A stretch of 64,000 nt of DNA from Minisyncoccota bacterium (GCA_018062765.1 JAGORR010000001.1:506485-570484), one strand, 5' to 3'. Counted from the stretch's first letter, positions 1-9,842 are shown. Notes: generated from the letters alone by a model not told the origin. Numbers and translations are program-made.

Positions 1-12
1 TATAATGCACCT

Positions 13-1071
13 ATGGACGCACTCACGCTCGGCATCGCAGTTATCGTCATAGTTATCCTGAACCTCGCCGGGATGTGGTACATCGCTACCAGGAAGGGGA
101 AGGACGATGCCGCACCATCTTCTGACGGCATGATGCTCTTGCAGAAGCAGGTACAGGACCTGGCTTCCACCCTCGATCGCAAGGTGACAGACTCCTCGAA
201 GGAGATGAACGACACGATGAGGAGTTCTCTTGGCGAATCTTCGCGCCTCATTAAGGAAATCACGCAGGAGATTACCTCCGTGAAGGAGATCAGCCGGCAG
301 ACCGGGGACTTCGCGAAGCAACTCCAAAACTTGCAGGACATTCTTAAGAACCCGAAGCAGCGCGGAATACTCGGTGAGTATTACCTCGAGACAGTGCTTA
401 AGAACGTGATGAGCCCCGAGGACTACCGCATCCAGTATCCCTTTAAGAACGGCGAGATAGTCGACGCGGTCGTTATCGTTAATAAGAAACTCGTTCCGGT
501 CGACTCCAAATTCTCGCTTGATAACTACAACCGGTACATTCACGCGCCCGAGGGCGAGCGAGCAGCCCTCGAGAAGTCATTCGTGAACGACTTGAAGCTC
601 CGAATCACGGAAACTGCCAAATACATCCGCCCGGAAGAGAACACCATGGACTTCGCGTTCATGTTCATTCCGTCTGAAGGCATTTACTACGACCTTCTCA
701 CCAACCAAGTGGGGGCAGGGGAGGAGGAAAACCTGCTGCAGCGCGCCTTCAGTAAGTACAAGGTTCTAATCGTCTCTCCGTCCACATTCCTCGCGTACCT
801 GCAGACCGTTATGCAGGGGCTCAAAGCGCTCCAAATAGAGGAACGTGCCGCGGAAATTCAAAAGCGAGTAGGGGAATTAGGGAAGCACATCGGCGCATTC
901 GATACGTTTTATAACAAGCTCGGGGCATCCCTTGGCACGACCGTCTCTCACTTCAATAGCGGCTACAAGGAGCTCGCAAAGATAGATAAGGACGTCTACC
1001 GCATCGCGGAAGCGAAGATTGGCATCGAGCCCCTGACCCTCGATAAGCCCTCTATGGAGGCCGAAGGGTAG
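13..1071 (+). CDS. rmuC: DNA recombination protein RmuC
   Basis: 352-aa ORF with an N-terminal TM helix, a long coiled-coil region and a C-terminal RmuC-like domain; family recognised from the sequence. Confidence 0.75.
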   Translation: MDALTLGIAVIVIVILNLAGMWYIATRKGKDDAAPSSDGMMLLQKQVQDLASTLDRKVTDSSKEMNDTMRSSLGESSRLIKEITQEITSVKEISRQTGDFAKQLQNLQDILKNPKQRGILGEYYLETVLKNVMSPEDYRIQYPFKNGEIVDAVVIVNKKLVPVDSKFSLDNYNRYIHAPEGERAALEKSFVNDLKLRITETAKYIRPEENTMDFAFMFIPSEGIYYDLLTNQVGAGEEENLLQRAFSKYKVLIVSPSTFLAYLQTVMQGLKALQIEERAAEIQKRVGELGKHIGAFDTFYNKLGASLGTTVSHFNSGYKELAKIDKDVYRIAEAKIGIEPLTLDKPSMEAEG

Positions 1072-1112
1072 GGGTTGCTTTTGGGGCCTAAAATCGGTAT
1101 ATTTACCCCACT

Positions 1113-1430
1113 ATGGAAATGGCAGTAATCAAGACGGGTGGGAAGCAGTACGTCGTCCGCGAGGGCGATAGCCTCTACATCGAGAAGCTGAAGGACGGGC
1201 TTGTTGCTGGTGATAAGGTCACCTTCGAGGACGTCCTCATGACCGACGACGGCTCTACGGTTGCTGTCGGCACCCCTACTGTCTCCGGGAAGAAGGTCGC
1301 TGCCTCCGTCATCTCGGTTGGCCGCGACAAGAAGATCGATGTCGTGAAGTACAAGGCAAAGAGCCGGTACCACAAGCGCCGCGGTCACAAACAGCCCCAC
1401 GTGAAGGTTTTGATAGAGAAGATTGGCTAA
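1113..1430 (+). CDS. rplU: 50S ribosomal protein L21
   Basis: 105-aa ORF starting MxxVIKTGGKQY..., the canonical L21 N-terminus. Confidence 0.9.
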   Translation: MEMAVIKTGGKQYVVREGDSLYIEKLKDGLVAGDKVTFEDVLMTDDGSTVAVGTPTVSGKKVAASVISVGRDKKIDVVKYKAKSRYHKRRGHKQPHVKVLIEKIG

Positions 1431-1437
1431 TCCCAAA

Positions 1438-1466
1438 AACCCGCCCTCTGGCGGGTTTTTGCTTTG
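1438..1466 (+). terminator. rho-independent terminator after rplU
   Basis: cccgcc-ctct-ggcggg stem-loop followed by tttttgctttgg. Confidence 0.7.
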
Positions 1467-1529
1467 GTAAGGTCATGTGATACGTGCTATTTTCTAAGCT
1501 GCATGAGCACATTGGGGAGTAAGAAGAAG

Positions 1530-1683
1530 TGAGTACGAACTTCGCGAATTGGAAGAACGAATACATCGGCGGGCGCGTGACAAAAGTGTATCTCACAGAA
1601 CAGATACAGGAGTCACGCCCGACTAAAGAGCAGCAACAGCAAACTAAAGACGAAGACAGTAAAACGAAGAAAACAGACACGTA
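1530..1683 (+). CDS. small K/Q/E-rich hypothetical protein (GTG start)
   Basis: 50-codon ORF with GGGGAG SD 9 nt upstream of the GTG; preceded by a TGcTATTTT extended -10; bracketed by two terminators; AT-richer than surrounding DNA. Confidence 0.25.
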
Positions 1684-1692
1684 GGTATCGAA

Positions 1693-1719
1693 GTCCCGCT
1701 CCGGCGGGTCTTTGCTTTA
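1693..1719 (+). terminator. rho-independent terminator
   Basis: cccgc-tccg-gcggg hairpin followed by tctttgcttta. Confidence 0.6.
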
Positions 1720-1884
1720 CTTGATGAGACTTGTTCGATGCTCCGTCTCCGCCTCGTGTCCGCACCAGGGGCAGTACCATGTTGTCTTAGCCGTTGGAGC
1801 GTCCGCAATGGTCCACCAGTGGTCGCACACGCCGCACCTAAAGTGCGAGAGTTTTTCTAGGGAGTGAAGGTGCGGGCGGCTCAC
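1717..1884 (-). CDS. small zinc-ribbon protein (CxxC-x24-CxxC), translationally coupled to recR
   Basis: 55-aa minus-strand ORF VSRPHLHSLEKLSHFRCGVCDHWWTIADAPTAKTTWYCPWCGHEAETEHRTSLIK; its GTG start overlaps the recR TGA as GTGA; absent from the supplied ORF table because it is under 60 aa. Confidence 0.4.
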   Translation of the reverse strand: MSRPHLHSLEKLSHFRCGVCDHWWTIADAPTAKTTWYCPWCGHEAETEHRTSLIK

Positions 1885-2480
1885 GTTTCCTTGCGGTTCT
1901 GGAGCGCAGCGCCAAGCGTTGTCGCGTCCGTGTACTCGAGCTCGGAACCGGTAGAAAGGCCACGGCCGAGCACAGTGAACTTCACGCTGTCGCGGTAAGG
2001 AGTCAGGAGTTCCTTCACCCGGTCGAGCGTGTGCTCACCCTCGCTCGTTGCAGAGAGTGCAAGCACAATTTCCTTAAGCCCGCGCGAAAGCCGCATCTTC
2101 GCCATCGTCACGAGTTCGCGCTCTCGTATCACCCCTTTTCCGGAAAGCGTCAAAACGCCGCCAAGGACGAAGTAGCGTCCGCGATAGGTACCGGCACGCT
2201 CCACCGCAATAAGGTCCTGGTCCTTCTCAACGACCATAAGGAACGCATCGTCCCTCGACCTGTCAGCGCAATAATTACAGAGCCCGTCCGCGACCGCAGA
2301 GAACCGGTAACATTCCTTGCACTGCGCGACATTCTTCGCCAAAGCGAGGATGAGTTCTGAAAGTCGCGCGCGATCAGATTGTGGCGCAGATAGGAGGTGA
2401 TACACAAAGCGACGTGCCTGCCGGGGGCCGATGCCGGGGAAGCGGGCAAATAGCTGCGCGAGTTCCTCAATAGACTCCAT
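1881..2480 (-). CDS. recR: recombination protein RecR
   Basis: 199 aa; N-terminal HhH, C4 zinc finger (CKECYRFS...CNYC) and Toprim region typical of RecR. Confidence 0.9.
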   Translation of the reverse strand: MESIEELAQLFARFPGIGPRQARRFVYHLLSAPQSDRARLSELILALAKNVAQCKECYRFSAVADGLCNYCADRSRDDAFLMVVEKDQDLIAVERAGTYRGRYFVLGGVLTLSGKGVIRERELVTMAKMRLSRGLKEIVLALSATSEGEHTLDRVKELLTPYRDSVKFTVLGRGLSTGSELEYTDATTLGAALQNRKET

Positions 2481-2552
2481 GAGAGTAGCTTATAGCTATT
2501 AGCTGCCAGCTACCAGCTTCCTGATTTCAAGCCTATAGCTCATAGCCCGCAG

Positions 2553-3920
2553 CTAGAATTCCGCGCCGAGGTCTCCGTAGCCGGACTTATCGACCGGCAT
2601 GAAGCTCGTTCGCTTCTCGTCGAAGTAGAGCTCGATTTTGCCGGTAGGGCCGTTACGATGCTTCTCGATAAGAATCTCCGCGATATTAGGGCGGTCGCTC
2701 TCTTTATTCTGCTTGTCCTCGCGATGGATAAACATAACGACGTCCGCGTCCTGCTCGATGGAGCCGGAGTCACGAAGGTCAGAAAGGCGTGGCTTGCCAC
2801 CGCGCTGCTCCACGGCGCGAGAAAGCTGCGAGAGGGCGAGAACCGGCACCTCAAGCTCGCGCGCGAGCCCCTTAAGGGAGCGAGAGATTTCCGTGACCTG
2901 CTGCACCATAGAGTCCGAGTTCCGGGTATTGGTCGGCGCCATAAGCTGCAGGTAGTCGACGATGATGAGTCCGATGCCGCGCTCGCGCTTCAGACGACGA
3001 GCAACCGCGCGCATGGAAAGGATATTGTTGCCCGGCTTATCGTCGATGTAGATAGGCGCCTTGGAAAGGCTTTCAAGCGCATCGCGAATCTTCGCGAAGT
3101 CGTCCTCAGCATGGACCTGGCCCGTACGTATCTTCCAGGAGTTCACGTAGGCCTCTGCCGCGAGCATACGGTCGATAATCTGCTCCGAGCTCATCTCCAA
3201 GGAGAAGATGCCGACAGGTACGTTGTGACGCACTGCCGCGTTACGTGCGATATCAAGCGCAAACGAGGTCTTACCGACCGAAGGACGAGCGGCGAGGATG
3301 ATGAGGTCGGAAGGGTGAAGGCCCGACAGGAGGTTATCAAGATCGGCGTACCCGGTTGGTGTACCGCGTATGCCACCGTCGCGCTTCGAGAGCGCTTCGA
3401 TGCGGTCCCATGCGTCTGCGACCCGGTCGGAGATAGGCACGAACTTGTGTGTCGCGGACGCATTACCAACCGACATGATGGATTTCTCCGCAGTATCAAG
3501 GACCTCGTGCGTGTCGCGAGCCTCGTCATACGCGGACTCGTTGATGTCATACGCCGCACCTATGAGGGAGCGCATCAGGAACTTGCGGCTCACTAATTCT
3601 GCGTAGTGCGCGAAGTTGCCGGGTGAAGGCGCGGCGGAGGCAAGTTCCGCCAAGTACGCCTTACCACCCACACGCTCAATGTGTCCTTTGGCGCCCAAGC
3701 GTTCAGAAAGCGAAAGAAGATCGATAGGCTCTCCCTTCATCGAGAGGTCCTGCATCGCCTCGAATATGAGCTTGTGCTTCTCCGCGTAAAAGGAGTCAGG
3801 AACGATGGAATCGCCGACGTCGTGAATGGCATCAGGCTTCAGCAGAAGTGACCCGAGCAACGCGCGCTCGGATTCAAGACTTTGTGGAGGAATCCGGAGG
3901 GTAGGGTCTTTGGTTGCCAT
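2553..3920 (-). CDS. dnaB: replicative DNA helicase DnaB
   Basis: 455 aa; Walker A ARPSVGKTSFAL, RecA-like C-terminal domain and DnaB N-terminal domain. Confidence 0.9.
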   Translation of the reverse strand: MATKDPTLRIPPQSLESERALLGSLLLKPDAIHDVGDSIVPDSFYAEKHKLIFEAMQDLSMKGEPIDLLSLSERLGAKGHIERVGGKAYLAELASAAPSPGNFAHYAELVSRKFLMRSLIGAAYDINESAYDEARDTHEVLDTAEKSIMSVGNASATHKFVPISDRVADAWDRIEALSKRDGGIRGTPTGYADLDNLLSGLHPSDLIILAARPSVGKTSFALDIARNAAVRHNVPVGIFSLEMSSEQIIDRMLAAEAYVNSWKIRTGQVHAEDDFAKIRDALESLSKAPIYIDDKPGNNILSMRAVARRLKRERGIGLIIVDYLQLMAPTNTRNSDSMVQQVTEISRSLKGLARELEVPVLALSQLSRAVEQRGGKPRLSDLRDSGSIEQDADVVMFIHREDKQNKESDRPNIAEILIEKHRNGPTGKIELYFDEKRTSFMPVDKSGYGDLGAEF

Positions 3921-3935
3921 CGCCCCCTCACTTTA

Positions 3936-5387
3936 TCATCGGGGGTTCCGGGTCAACAGCGTTCCAGAGGCTGAATCTTCCACACGATATCCCCGGGTTG
4001 TAAGAATGTCGCGTATACGGTCGCTTTCCGCGTAGTTTCCGGCCCCACGGGCGAGGTCTCGCTCATAGGCAAGCTTCTGTATATCCTCCGGTATGGCTGC
4101 CTCGGTAGGGGAGGAGAGGGAAGGACCCACGGGTAGCCCCAAGAGGCTCTCGGCGCTCGTGAGAAGCCCCCATTTCTGGCTTGGGGAGTAGTCCTCGCTC
4201 TTCAGGGTGTCCCAAAGAAGGGCCAAGGCTTGCGGTGTTGAGAGGTCATCGCGCATGAAAGTGATGAACTCAATGCGTTTGTCGGAGTCCGCAGCTTTCG
4301 CGCTCGACTCCTTTTCTATCTCGCGCGCGCGACGCAGGAGGCGATCGTAGCCTTCTGCGGAAGCCGCGAGTGCGTCCCAGGTAAAGGAAAGGGGGCGACG
4401 ATAGTGTGCCTGCAAAAAGAAGTAGCGGAGCGCCATAGGGTCGAAACCTTTCTCGACAACATCCGATAGATACACCACATTCCCAGTCGACTTTGCGACC
4501 TTCTCATCGTTAATGTTCACAAACGCTTCGTGGAGCCAGTAGCGCGCCAAGGGCTTTCCGTTTGCTGCTTCTGACTGCGCTATCTCGTTGTTGTGATGCG
4601 TCGGGATGTGGTCGATACCACCGGTATGGATATCAATTTCCGTGCCAAGCACCGCCTTAATCATCGCAGAGCATTCGATGTGCCAACCGGGGTTCCCGAC
4701 ACCCCAAGGAGAGTCCCATTTCTGCAGGTCGTCCTTCTTAGCTTGGCGCCACAGTACGAAGTCGTGAATATTCCGCTTTCCTGGAACTTTCTCAATGCGT
4801 GCACCAGGAAGAATCTCCGCCTCATTCGCGCGCCCGAGCTTTCCGTACTGAGGGAATTTCTTCGTATCGAAATAAACACCGTCATCCGTCTTGTATGCAA
4901 AGCCCTTCGCTTCCAGAACCTCAATCATTTGTATCTGCTCCTGTATATAGTCAGTGGCTTTCGTAACGGTCACATCCGCCATGTCGATATTGAGGAGCGC
5001 GAGGTCCGCGAGGAAGAGATCGGTGTAGCGCTTGGCTACCGCCTCCGGCGTCATCTGTGCCTCTCTTGCGCCCTTCGCCATCTTGTCCTCCCCATGGTCA
5101 CCATCGCCGACCAAGTGACCGACATCAGTTATATTCATCACGCGCGAAAGACGATAGCCCGCTTCCTTAAGGGTGCGCGCTACGAGGTCCGCAAACAGCG
5201 GTGCCTTTAAGTTTCCGATGTGCTGCTTGCTGTAGACCGTGGGTCCGCAGGAGTACATCTTCACGAACCCCTTGGTGAGTGGGGTAAACGGCTCCTTCTT
5301 TCCCGAGAGGGTGTTGGTGAAGAAGGGAATAGCGGAGGATGAGTGGAGCTCGCTCTCACCGGAGAATAGTCTCGAAAGCCATGACAT
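3936..5387 (-). CDS. cysS: cysteinyl-tRNA synthetase
   Basis: HIGN (HIGH) and KMSKS-like motifs and the CysRS zinc-binding Cys; start trimmed to MSWLSRLF...; the longer ORF-table start is upstream read-through. Confidence 0.85.
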   Translation of the reverse strand: MSWLSRLFSGESELHSSSAIPFFTNTLSGKKEPFTPLTKGFVKMYSCGPTVYSKQHIGNLKAPLFADLVARTLKEAGYRLSRVMNITDVGHLVGDGDHGEDKMAKGAREAQMTPEAVAKRYTDLFLADLALLNIDMADVTVTKATDYIQEQIQMIEVLEAKGFAYKTDDGVYFDTKKFPQYGKLGRANEAEILPGARIEKVPGKRNIHDFVLWRQAKKDDLQKWDSPWGVGNPGWHIECSAMIKAVLGTEIDIHTGGIDHIPTHHNNEIAQSEAANGKPLARYWLHEAFVNINDEKVAKSTGNVVYLSDVVEKGFDPMALRYFFLQAHYRRPLSFTWDALAASAEGYDRLLRRAREIEKESSAKAADSDKRIEFITFMRDDLSTPQALALLWDTLKSEDYSPSQKWGLLTSAESLLGLPVGPSLSSPTEAAIPEDIQKLAYERDLARGAGNYAESDRIRDILTTRGYRVEDSASGTLLTRNPR

Positions 5388-5405
5388 ACGCCCTAGTCTA
5401 GCAGT

Positions 5406-5446
5406 TCTATATCCATGCCTTGTTTTTATTGACAATTGGCTAAAAT
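5406..5446. promoter_or_regulatory. divergent promoter region (cysS to the left, membrane-protein operon to the right)
   Basis: minus-strand TTGTCA-18-TATAGA upstream of cysS; plus-strand TTGACA shares the palindromic core TTGACAA; plus-strand -10 (taaaat) spacing is poor. Confidence 0.3.
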
Positions 5447-5502
5447 ACGATACTGTGCGGCCAGGCATAGTTCCCGCCTGATACAGCACCAGGAGGCTCC
5501 AC

Positions 5503-6024
5503 ATGGAGTTGCAGAGAAACCAATGGTACGTGGCGTGGTTCTTCGGAGCCCTCGCCATGTGGGACGAATTCTGCGGAAGGCCGGATACGTCTTACAAGTA
5601 CGAGGAACGCGGCACGAACCTGTGCCACCTCGTCCGCGTGATGACTCTCTATGCGGCCATCGTCATCGTCTCGCACGCAGCTATCGTCGTGGCCGCCATC
5701 TTCACGATTGTCTTCCTGCCGCCGGCACTCTTCGGCACGATGAACTATCTCATGCTTATCGCTGCGCTCGTGTTCGCGGTGATACTGGGATACGGCATCA
5801 AAGTGTTCATCGAGCGCCGCGAAGCAGGTATCACGCCGGCAATGCGCGCAGAAGCCGCGCGTAAGAAGAAGGAGGCGAGGGAGGCTGCTGAAGAGGCACG
5901 AGCGGCCGCAGCGTCGGAGCGCGGACCTGGCTTCTTCGAAATCGTCTGGCGATACGTCGTCGCTGCGAAGCAGAAGACCTGCCCGACGATCACCTTCCAT
6001 ATGCCGAACCGGGGAATTGCTTGA
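5503..6024 (+). CDS. hypothetical membrane protein
   Basis: AGGAGG SD 6 nt upstream; three predicted TM helices; charged K/E/A-rich C-terminal tail. Confidence 0.55.
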   Translation: MELQRNQWYVAWFFGALAMWDEFCGRPDTSYKYEERGTNLCHLVRVMTLYAAIVIVSHAAIVVAAIFTIVFLPPALFGTMNYLMLIAALVFAVILGYGIKVFIERREAGITPAMRAEAARKKKEAREAAEEARAAAASERGPGFFEIVWRYVVAAKQKTCPTITFHMPNRGIA

Positions 6025-6371
6025 TGGAAAACGTCATCCGCACCATCACCCTTCCCTGGAAGGCTCTCGCGGTCCTCGGCGTCTTCATCATATTCCTGAT
6101 GGGGCTCCAGGTCATCATTACGTTCCTGATTCAGGCCGGCACGGTCGTCGAGGAGCGCGCGTCGTGCACGCTCGTCTCGATAGAACCTGTCGAGTCCGCT
6201 ATCGTTGCGAACATCGACTGTTCCGGCCGCAAGATGCGCACAACGAATCCGAAGACCGTGTACGCGCTGATGCAGGACCCGACAAAGCCAATCGTCTGCA
6301 AGCTGATGGCAGCCGATAGCGCGAGTTCCTGTGGGCTCGATGAGCCAGAACAGGTCGCACCCGAAGATTGA
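6024..6371 (+). CDS. hypothetical small membrane-anchored protein
   Basis: ATG overlaps the upstream TGA (TGATG); one N-terminal TM helix; four Cys. Confidence 0.55.
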   Translation: MENVIRTITLPWKALAVLGVFIIFLMGLQVIITFLIQAGTVVEERASCTLVSIEPVESAIVANIDCSGRKMRTTNPKTVYALMQDPTKPIVCKLMAADSASSCGLDEPEQVAPED

Positions 6372-6383
6372 ACCACAAGTAGC

Positions 6384-6427
6384 ATCGCCCGCGACATAGT
6401 CGCGGGCGATTCTTTCTATTTTCTTAT
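6384..6427 (+). terminator. rho-independent terminator
   Basis: atcgcccgcgac-atag-tcgcgggcgat hairpin followed by tctttctattttctt. Confidence 0.8.
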
Positions 6428-6484
6428 TCGTTACGCGAGTTGGGGTTCAGATACGTGCGCCCTGGACCAGATGCGTGCGAAAAA

Positions 6485-7402
6485 TCACAACCACTTCTTG
6501 AAACGGAAGGATATATATACGAACAGAGAAGAGAGCGCCATCAGTATTAATACGATGAAGAATCCATCGGGGCGGCCCACGATAGGTGCGTACTGGCTGT
6601 TCATACCGAATACGCCAGCGATGAGAATAGGAGGAGAAGTAATGAACGCGATGATGGTGAGCGTCTTAATGATCTCGTTCTGGCTCGTCGAGAGCAGGGA
6701 GTCGTTCGTGCTGCGAAGCTCACGGGCGACCGCGCGATAACTTGCGATAAGTCCCGCAGCATGTGACCGCTCCGCCTCGATATGTGCACCATGCTCGCGG
6801 AAGCGCTTACCGAAGAACTCTGGCTTCGAGAGTTCCTGCAGGAAGGAGGAAAGCGGTTCAGCATGCCGAGCCAAGGTCGTATCGAATCGTAAAAGCGTGC
6901 GGCCAACCTCCGATATTGCGCGCACCGTCGCGCGCTCCTTCCCGGAGAAGATATCCGCTTCGATGCGCTCGAGTCGAAGCGCCGCCTGCTCCGCCTCGTT
7001 TCCTAACGCGCCATAGAGGCGACGGAATATACGCTCTAGGAGCACCGGAGCCTTCACATCATCCTTGGAGAACCCGAGGAGCTCCTCGGCCTCGAACACC
7101 TTGTGAAGGTTATGGATGGAGTCGATGACTTCGTACCGGGCAGTGATGATGAACTTAGGCCCGACGATGAAATCCATCTCCTGGTTTTTTGAGCCGCCCC
7201 CGGGGTCTGCGGTAGGGAAGTGGAGCACTGCGTACACGTAGTCCTCAAACGGAATAAAGAGCGGATAGGGCGTCGGACTTACGATTTCGTCCTCGATGCG
7301 TGCATCGATATTAAATTCACGCATCACTTGCCGCAGCTCATCGGCTCCGGGGGATTCAATGTCAATCCACGTCACGCTTCCGCGCGTGTGTCTCACGATC
7401 AT
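6485..7402 (-). CDS. corA: magnesium/cobalt transporter CorA
   Basis: 306 aa from MIVRHTRG...; two C-terminal TM helices with the GMN motif (GVFGMNSQY). Confidence 0.85.
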   Translation of the reverse strand: MIVRHTRGSVTWIDIESPGADELRQVMREFNIDARIEDEIVSPTPYPLFIPFEDYVYAVLHFPTADPGGGSKNQEMDFIVGPKFIITARYEVIDSIHNLHKVFEAEELLGFSKDDVKAPVLLERIFRRLYGALGNEAEQAALRLERIEADIFSGKERATVRAISEVGRTLLRFDTTLARHAEPLSSFLQELSKPEFFGKRFREHGAHIEAERSHAAGLIASYRAVARELRSTNDSLLSTSQNEIIKTLTIIAFITSPPILIAGVFGMNSQYAPIVGRPDGFFIVLILMALSSLFVYISFRFKKWL

Positions 7403-7558
7403 GCAGGTATAAGTATACCGAGCACCTGTCTCGCTTACGTGAGCCTGTAGCTTGGTACGGGGATAGCATGAAATTGATTCTGTATGTGTACCGGTATCGC
7501 GAACGCGGTGCTTGGCAGACCGTCCGCGCATATCGCATATGCTAGAATTTGCACAACT

Positions 7559-8833
7559 ATGACGGAGTACGACTCGGACACTGCGTATCCAACACAAGCA
7601 GGCGCAGGCCTAAAGACGGTGAAGAGTGCTGTGATGCTCGCGCTTGTCGCCGCAGTCTTCTTTGCTGGCGGCGTATATGTCGGCGGAGACGGAAGTCCCG
7701 AAGCGTTCAACAACATCCCACTTCTTGGCGATGGACTTTCAAGCGAACCTGATACTGAAGCGGACCTTTCGGAATTCTGGAAGGCATGGAACGCACTTGA
7801 AGCTGATTTCATCCAGACGCATGCATCTACAACGCTGCCGTCCGCAGAGGAGCGAGTTTGGGGCGCAATTGCCGGCCTCACCTCCTCCTATGGCGACCCA
7901 TACACGGTCTACCTACCGCCATCTGACGCGAAGATTTTCCAGGAAGACATCTCCGGCAACTTCGGCGGCGCTGGTATGGAGATAGGCGTCGGCTCAAACG
8001 GCATACTGACCGTCATCGCGCCTTTGAAGGGGACGCCAGCGGAGCGCGCAGGAATACGTGCGGGCGACGGCATCCTCTCCATCGATGGCAAATCAACGGA
8101 GGGCATGCCTACAGATGAGGCAGTGAAGCTTATTCGAGGAGAAGTCGGTACCCAGGTGGCCTTCGTCCTGCTTCGTGATGGCACCTCCTTCCCGCAAGCA
8201 CTAACGCGCGATGTCATTTCCGTACCTACGCTCGATCACTCGCTCGACAGTGCGACTGGCGTCTACACCATCGCGCTCTACAGCTTCACTGAGAATTCTC
8301 CGGCGTTGTTCGCGAATGCGATAACGGGATTCAAGGCATCCGGAAGCGATAAGCTCATCATCGATCTCAGAGGTAATCCGGGTGGCTACCTCCACGCCGC
8401 AATCGACATGGCGAGCCGGTTCCTTCCAAAGGGCGCGGTCGTCGTAACCGAGGACTACCAGGATAAGAGAGAAGGGGAGTCTCATCGAAGCCTCGGATTC
8501 GGTGGGGTACCGGAGGGGACCAAGGTAGTAGTCCTCATTGATCGCGGCTCAGCGTCCGCAAGCGAAATTCTCGCAGGCGCATTGAAGGATAACGGGGTCG
8601 CAACCCTCATCGGCACCCGCTCGTTTGGTAAGGGTTCTGTTCAAGAGCTCATCGACATCGACGACGGCGCCCTCAAGATCACAGTGGCGCGTTGGCTCAC
8701 TCCGTCCGGAGTGTCCATTTCTGACGGCGGACTTGCAGCTGATATCGAAGTGAACCGCACGCCGGAGGACTATGCTGCAGGAAGAGATCCCCAGAAGGAG
8801 CGTGCTATCGAGTTTCTGACTACCGGGAAGTAA
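7559..8833 (+). CDS. ctpA: carboxyl-terminal processing protease (S41 family)
   Basis: PDZ domain and S41 catalytic region (GSASASEILAG...K); N-terminal TM/signal; start chosen at MTEYDSD. Confidence 0.8.
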   Translation: MTEYDSDTAYPTQAGAGLKTVKSAVMLALVAAVFFAGGVYVGGDGSPEAFNNIPLLGDGLSSEPDTEADLSEFWKAWNALEADFIQTHASTTLPSAEERVWGAIAGLTSSYGDPYTVYLPPSDAKIFQEDISGNFGGAGMEIGVGSNGILTVIAPLKGTPAERAGIRAGDGILSIDGKSTEGMPTDEAVKLIRGEVGTQVAFVLLRDGTSFPQALTRDVISVPTLDHSLDSATGVYTIALYSFTENSPALFANAITGFKASGSDKLIIDLRGNPGGYLHAAIDMASRFLPKGAVVVTEDYQDKREGESHRSLGFGGVPEGTKVVVLIDRGSASASEILAGALKDNGVATLIGTRSFGKGSVQELIDIDDGALKITVARWLTPSGVSISDGGLAADIEVNRTPEDYAAGRDPQKERAIEFLTTGK

Positions 8834-8883
8834 GCAAGAATCCCAGAGGTGTTACCTCTGGGATTAGAAGAGCAGCGTGATGC

Positions 8884-9270
8884 CTAAAGCTCAGGGGTGG
8901 CGAGGTCCGTCAGCTTAATATCGACGAGTCCCTGCAAGATCGCGGACGTAGCGGCGCCGGCGGCGTTTGCTACGCCTAGCTTGGCGTATACCGATTTGCT
9001 GTGAGTGCGCACCGTCTCTACACTGAGCGCAAGCCTTCCCGCGACTGCCGGGACCGTGTGGCCGCAGGCAAGCAGCCGCAGTACCTGTCGCTCGCGTTCG
9101 CTGAGCGCGAGAGCCCGTCGCTTACGCCGCTCCGGTGTAAGTCGCGGCGGAATACGGCTGTCGAAATCAGGCACGTCGACCGAAGTAAAAGAGCTATCAA
9201 AATCTCTCACGACTTGCACCACCCTCTGTTCATTCGATACCCAAACTATACCACGATGCGCCGTCATCAC
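8884..9270 (-). CDS. LuxR-family HTH transcriptional regulator
   Basis: C-terminal LSERERQVLRLLACGHT...VETVRTHSKSVYAKLGV matches the LuxR/GerE HTH signature. Confidence 0.6.
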   Translation of the reverse strand: MMTAHRGIVWVSNEQRVVQVVRDFDSSFTSVDVPDFDSRIPPRLTPERRKRRALALSERERQVLRLLACGHTVPAVAGRLALSVETVRTHSKSVYAKLGVANAAGAATSAILQGLVDIKLTDLATPEL

Positions 9271-9326
9271 AAGCTCTCATGAGAGTAATTGCGGTAATCC
9301 TTTGGAAGCGATAAGGTAGTAACACT

Positions 9327-9752
9327 ATGAAAGTCGTACTTACGAAGGACGTGAAGGACATGGGCCGCGCGCACGAGACCGTTGAGGTTAAGGACGGACA
9401 CGCCCTTAACTTCCTTATTCCTAAGGGCTTTGCTGTTGCAGCGACCTCAGCAGCGCTTAAGGCTGCAGAGCTCCGCCTTAAGACCGTTGCCGATAAGAAA
9501 GCAGTGGGCGTCTCTATGGTGGAGTCGCGCCTACAAGCACTCGCGGAAGAGAAGGTGACCATCACCAAGAAGGCGAACGAGCAGGGTCATTTGTATGACG
9601 CGGTAGATGCAGCAGAGATTGCCGCTGCTGCGAACGTTCCTGAGGACGCCATCAAGCTCCCGAAGCCGTTCAAGGATGTAGGAGTACACGAGGTTCCTGT
9701 TTCTTTTGGGGACTCGATGGGCAAGTTTTCGATAGAAATCGTCGCTGAGTAG
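9327..9752 (+). CDS. rplI: 50S ribosomal protein L9
   Basis: MKVVLTKDVKDMG...FLIPKGFA, the canonical L9 N-domain. Confidence 0.9.
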   Translation: MKVVLTKDVKDMGRAHETVEVKDGHALNFLIPKGFAVAATSAALKAAELRLKTVADKKAVGVSMVESRLQALAEEKVTITKKANEQGHLYDAVDAAEIAAAANVPEDAIKLPKPFKDVGVHEVPVSFGDSMGKFSIEIVAE

Positions 9753-9842
9753 AACGGCGCGTCAGACATTTCGAAGAAAGAGCCGCTCCTGGCCGCTTGG
9801 CCAAGTCTTACTCTCTTTCTTCGCAATATCCTCCGCTAGGAG

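Noticed and set aside
996-1436. 146-aa minus-strand ORF
   Set aside because: It is antisense to rplU and the rmuC 3' end, with no SD and a low-complexity product.
2658-3596. 312-aa plus-strand ORF
   Set aside because: It is entirely antisense to the well-supported dnaB gene. It is Arg/Leu/Val-rich, typical of a GC-rich antisense frame.
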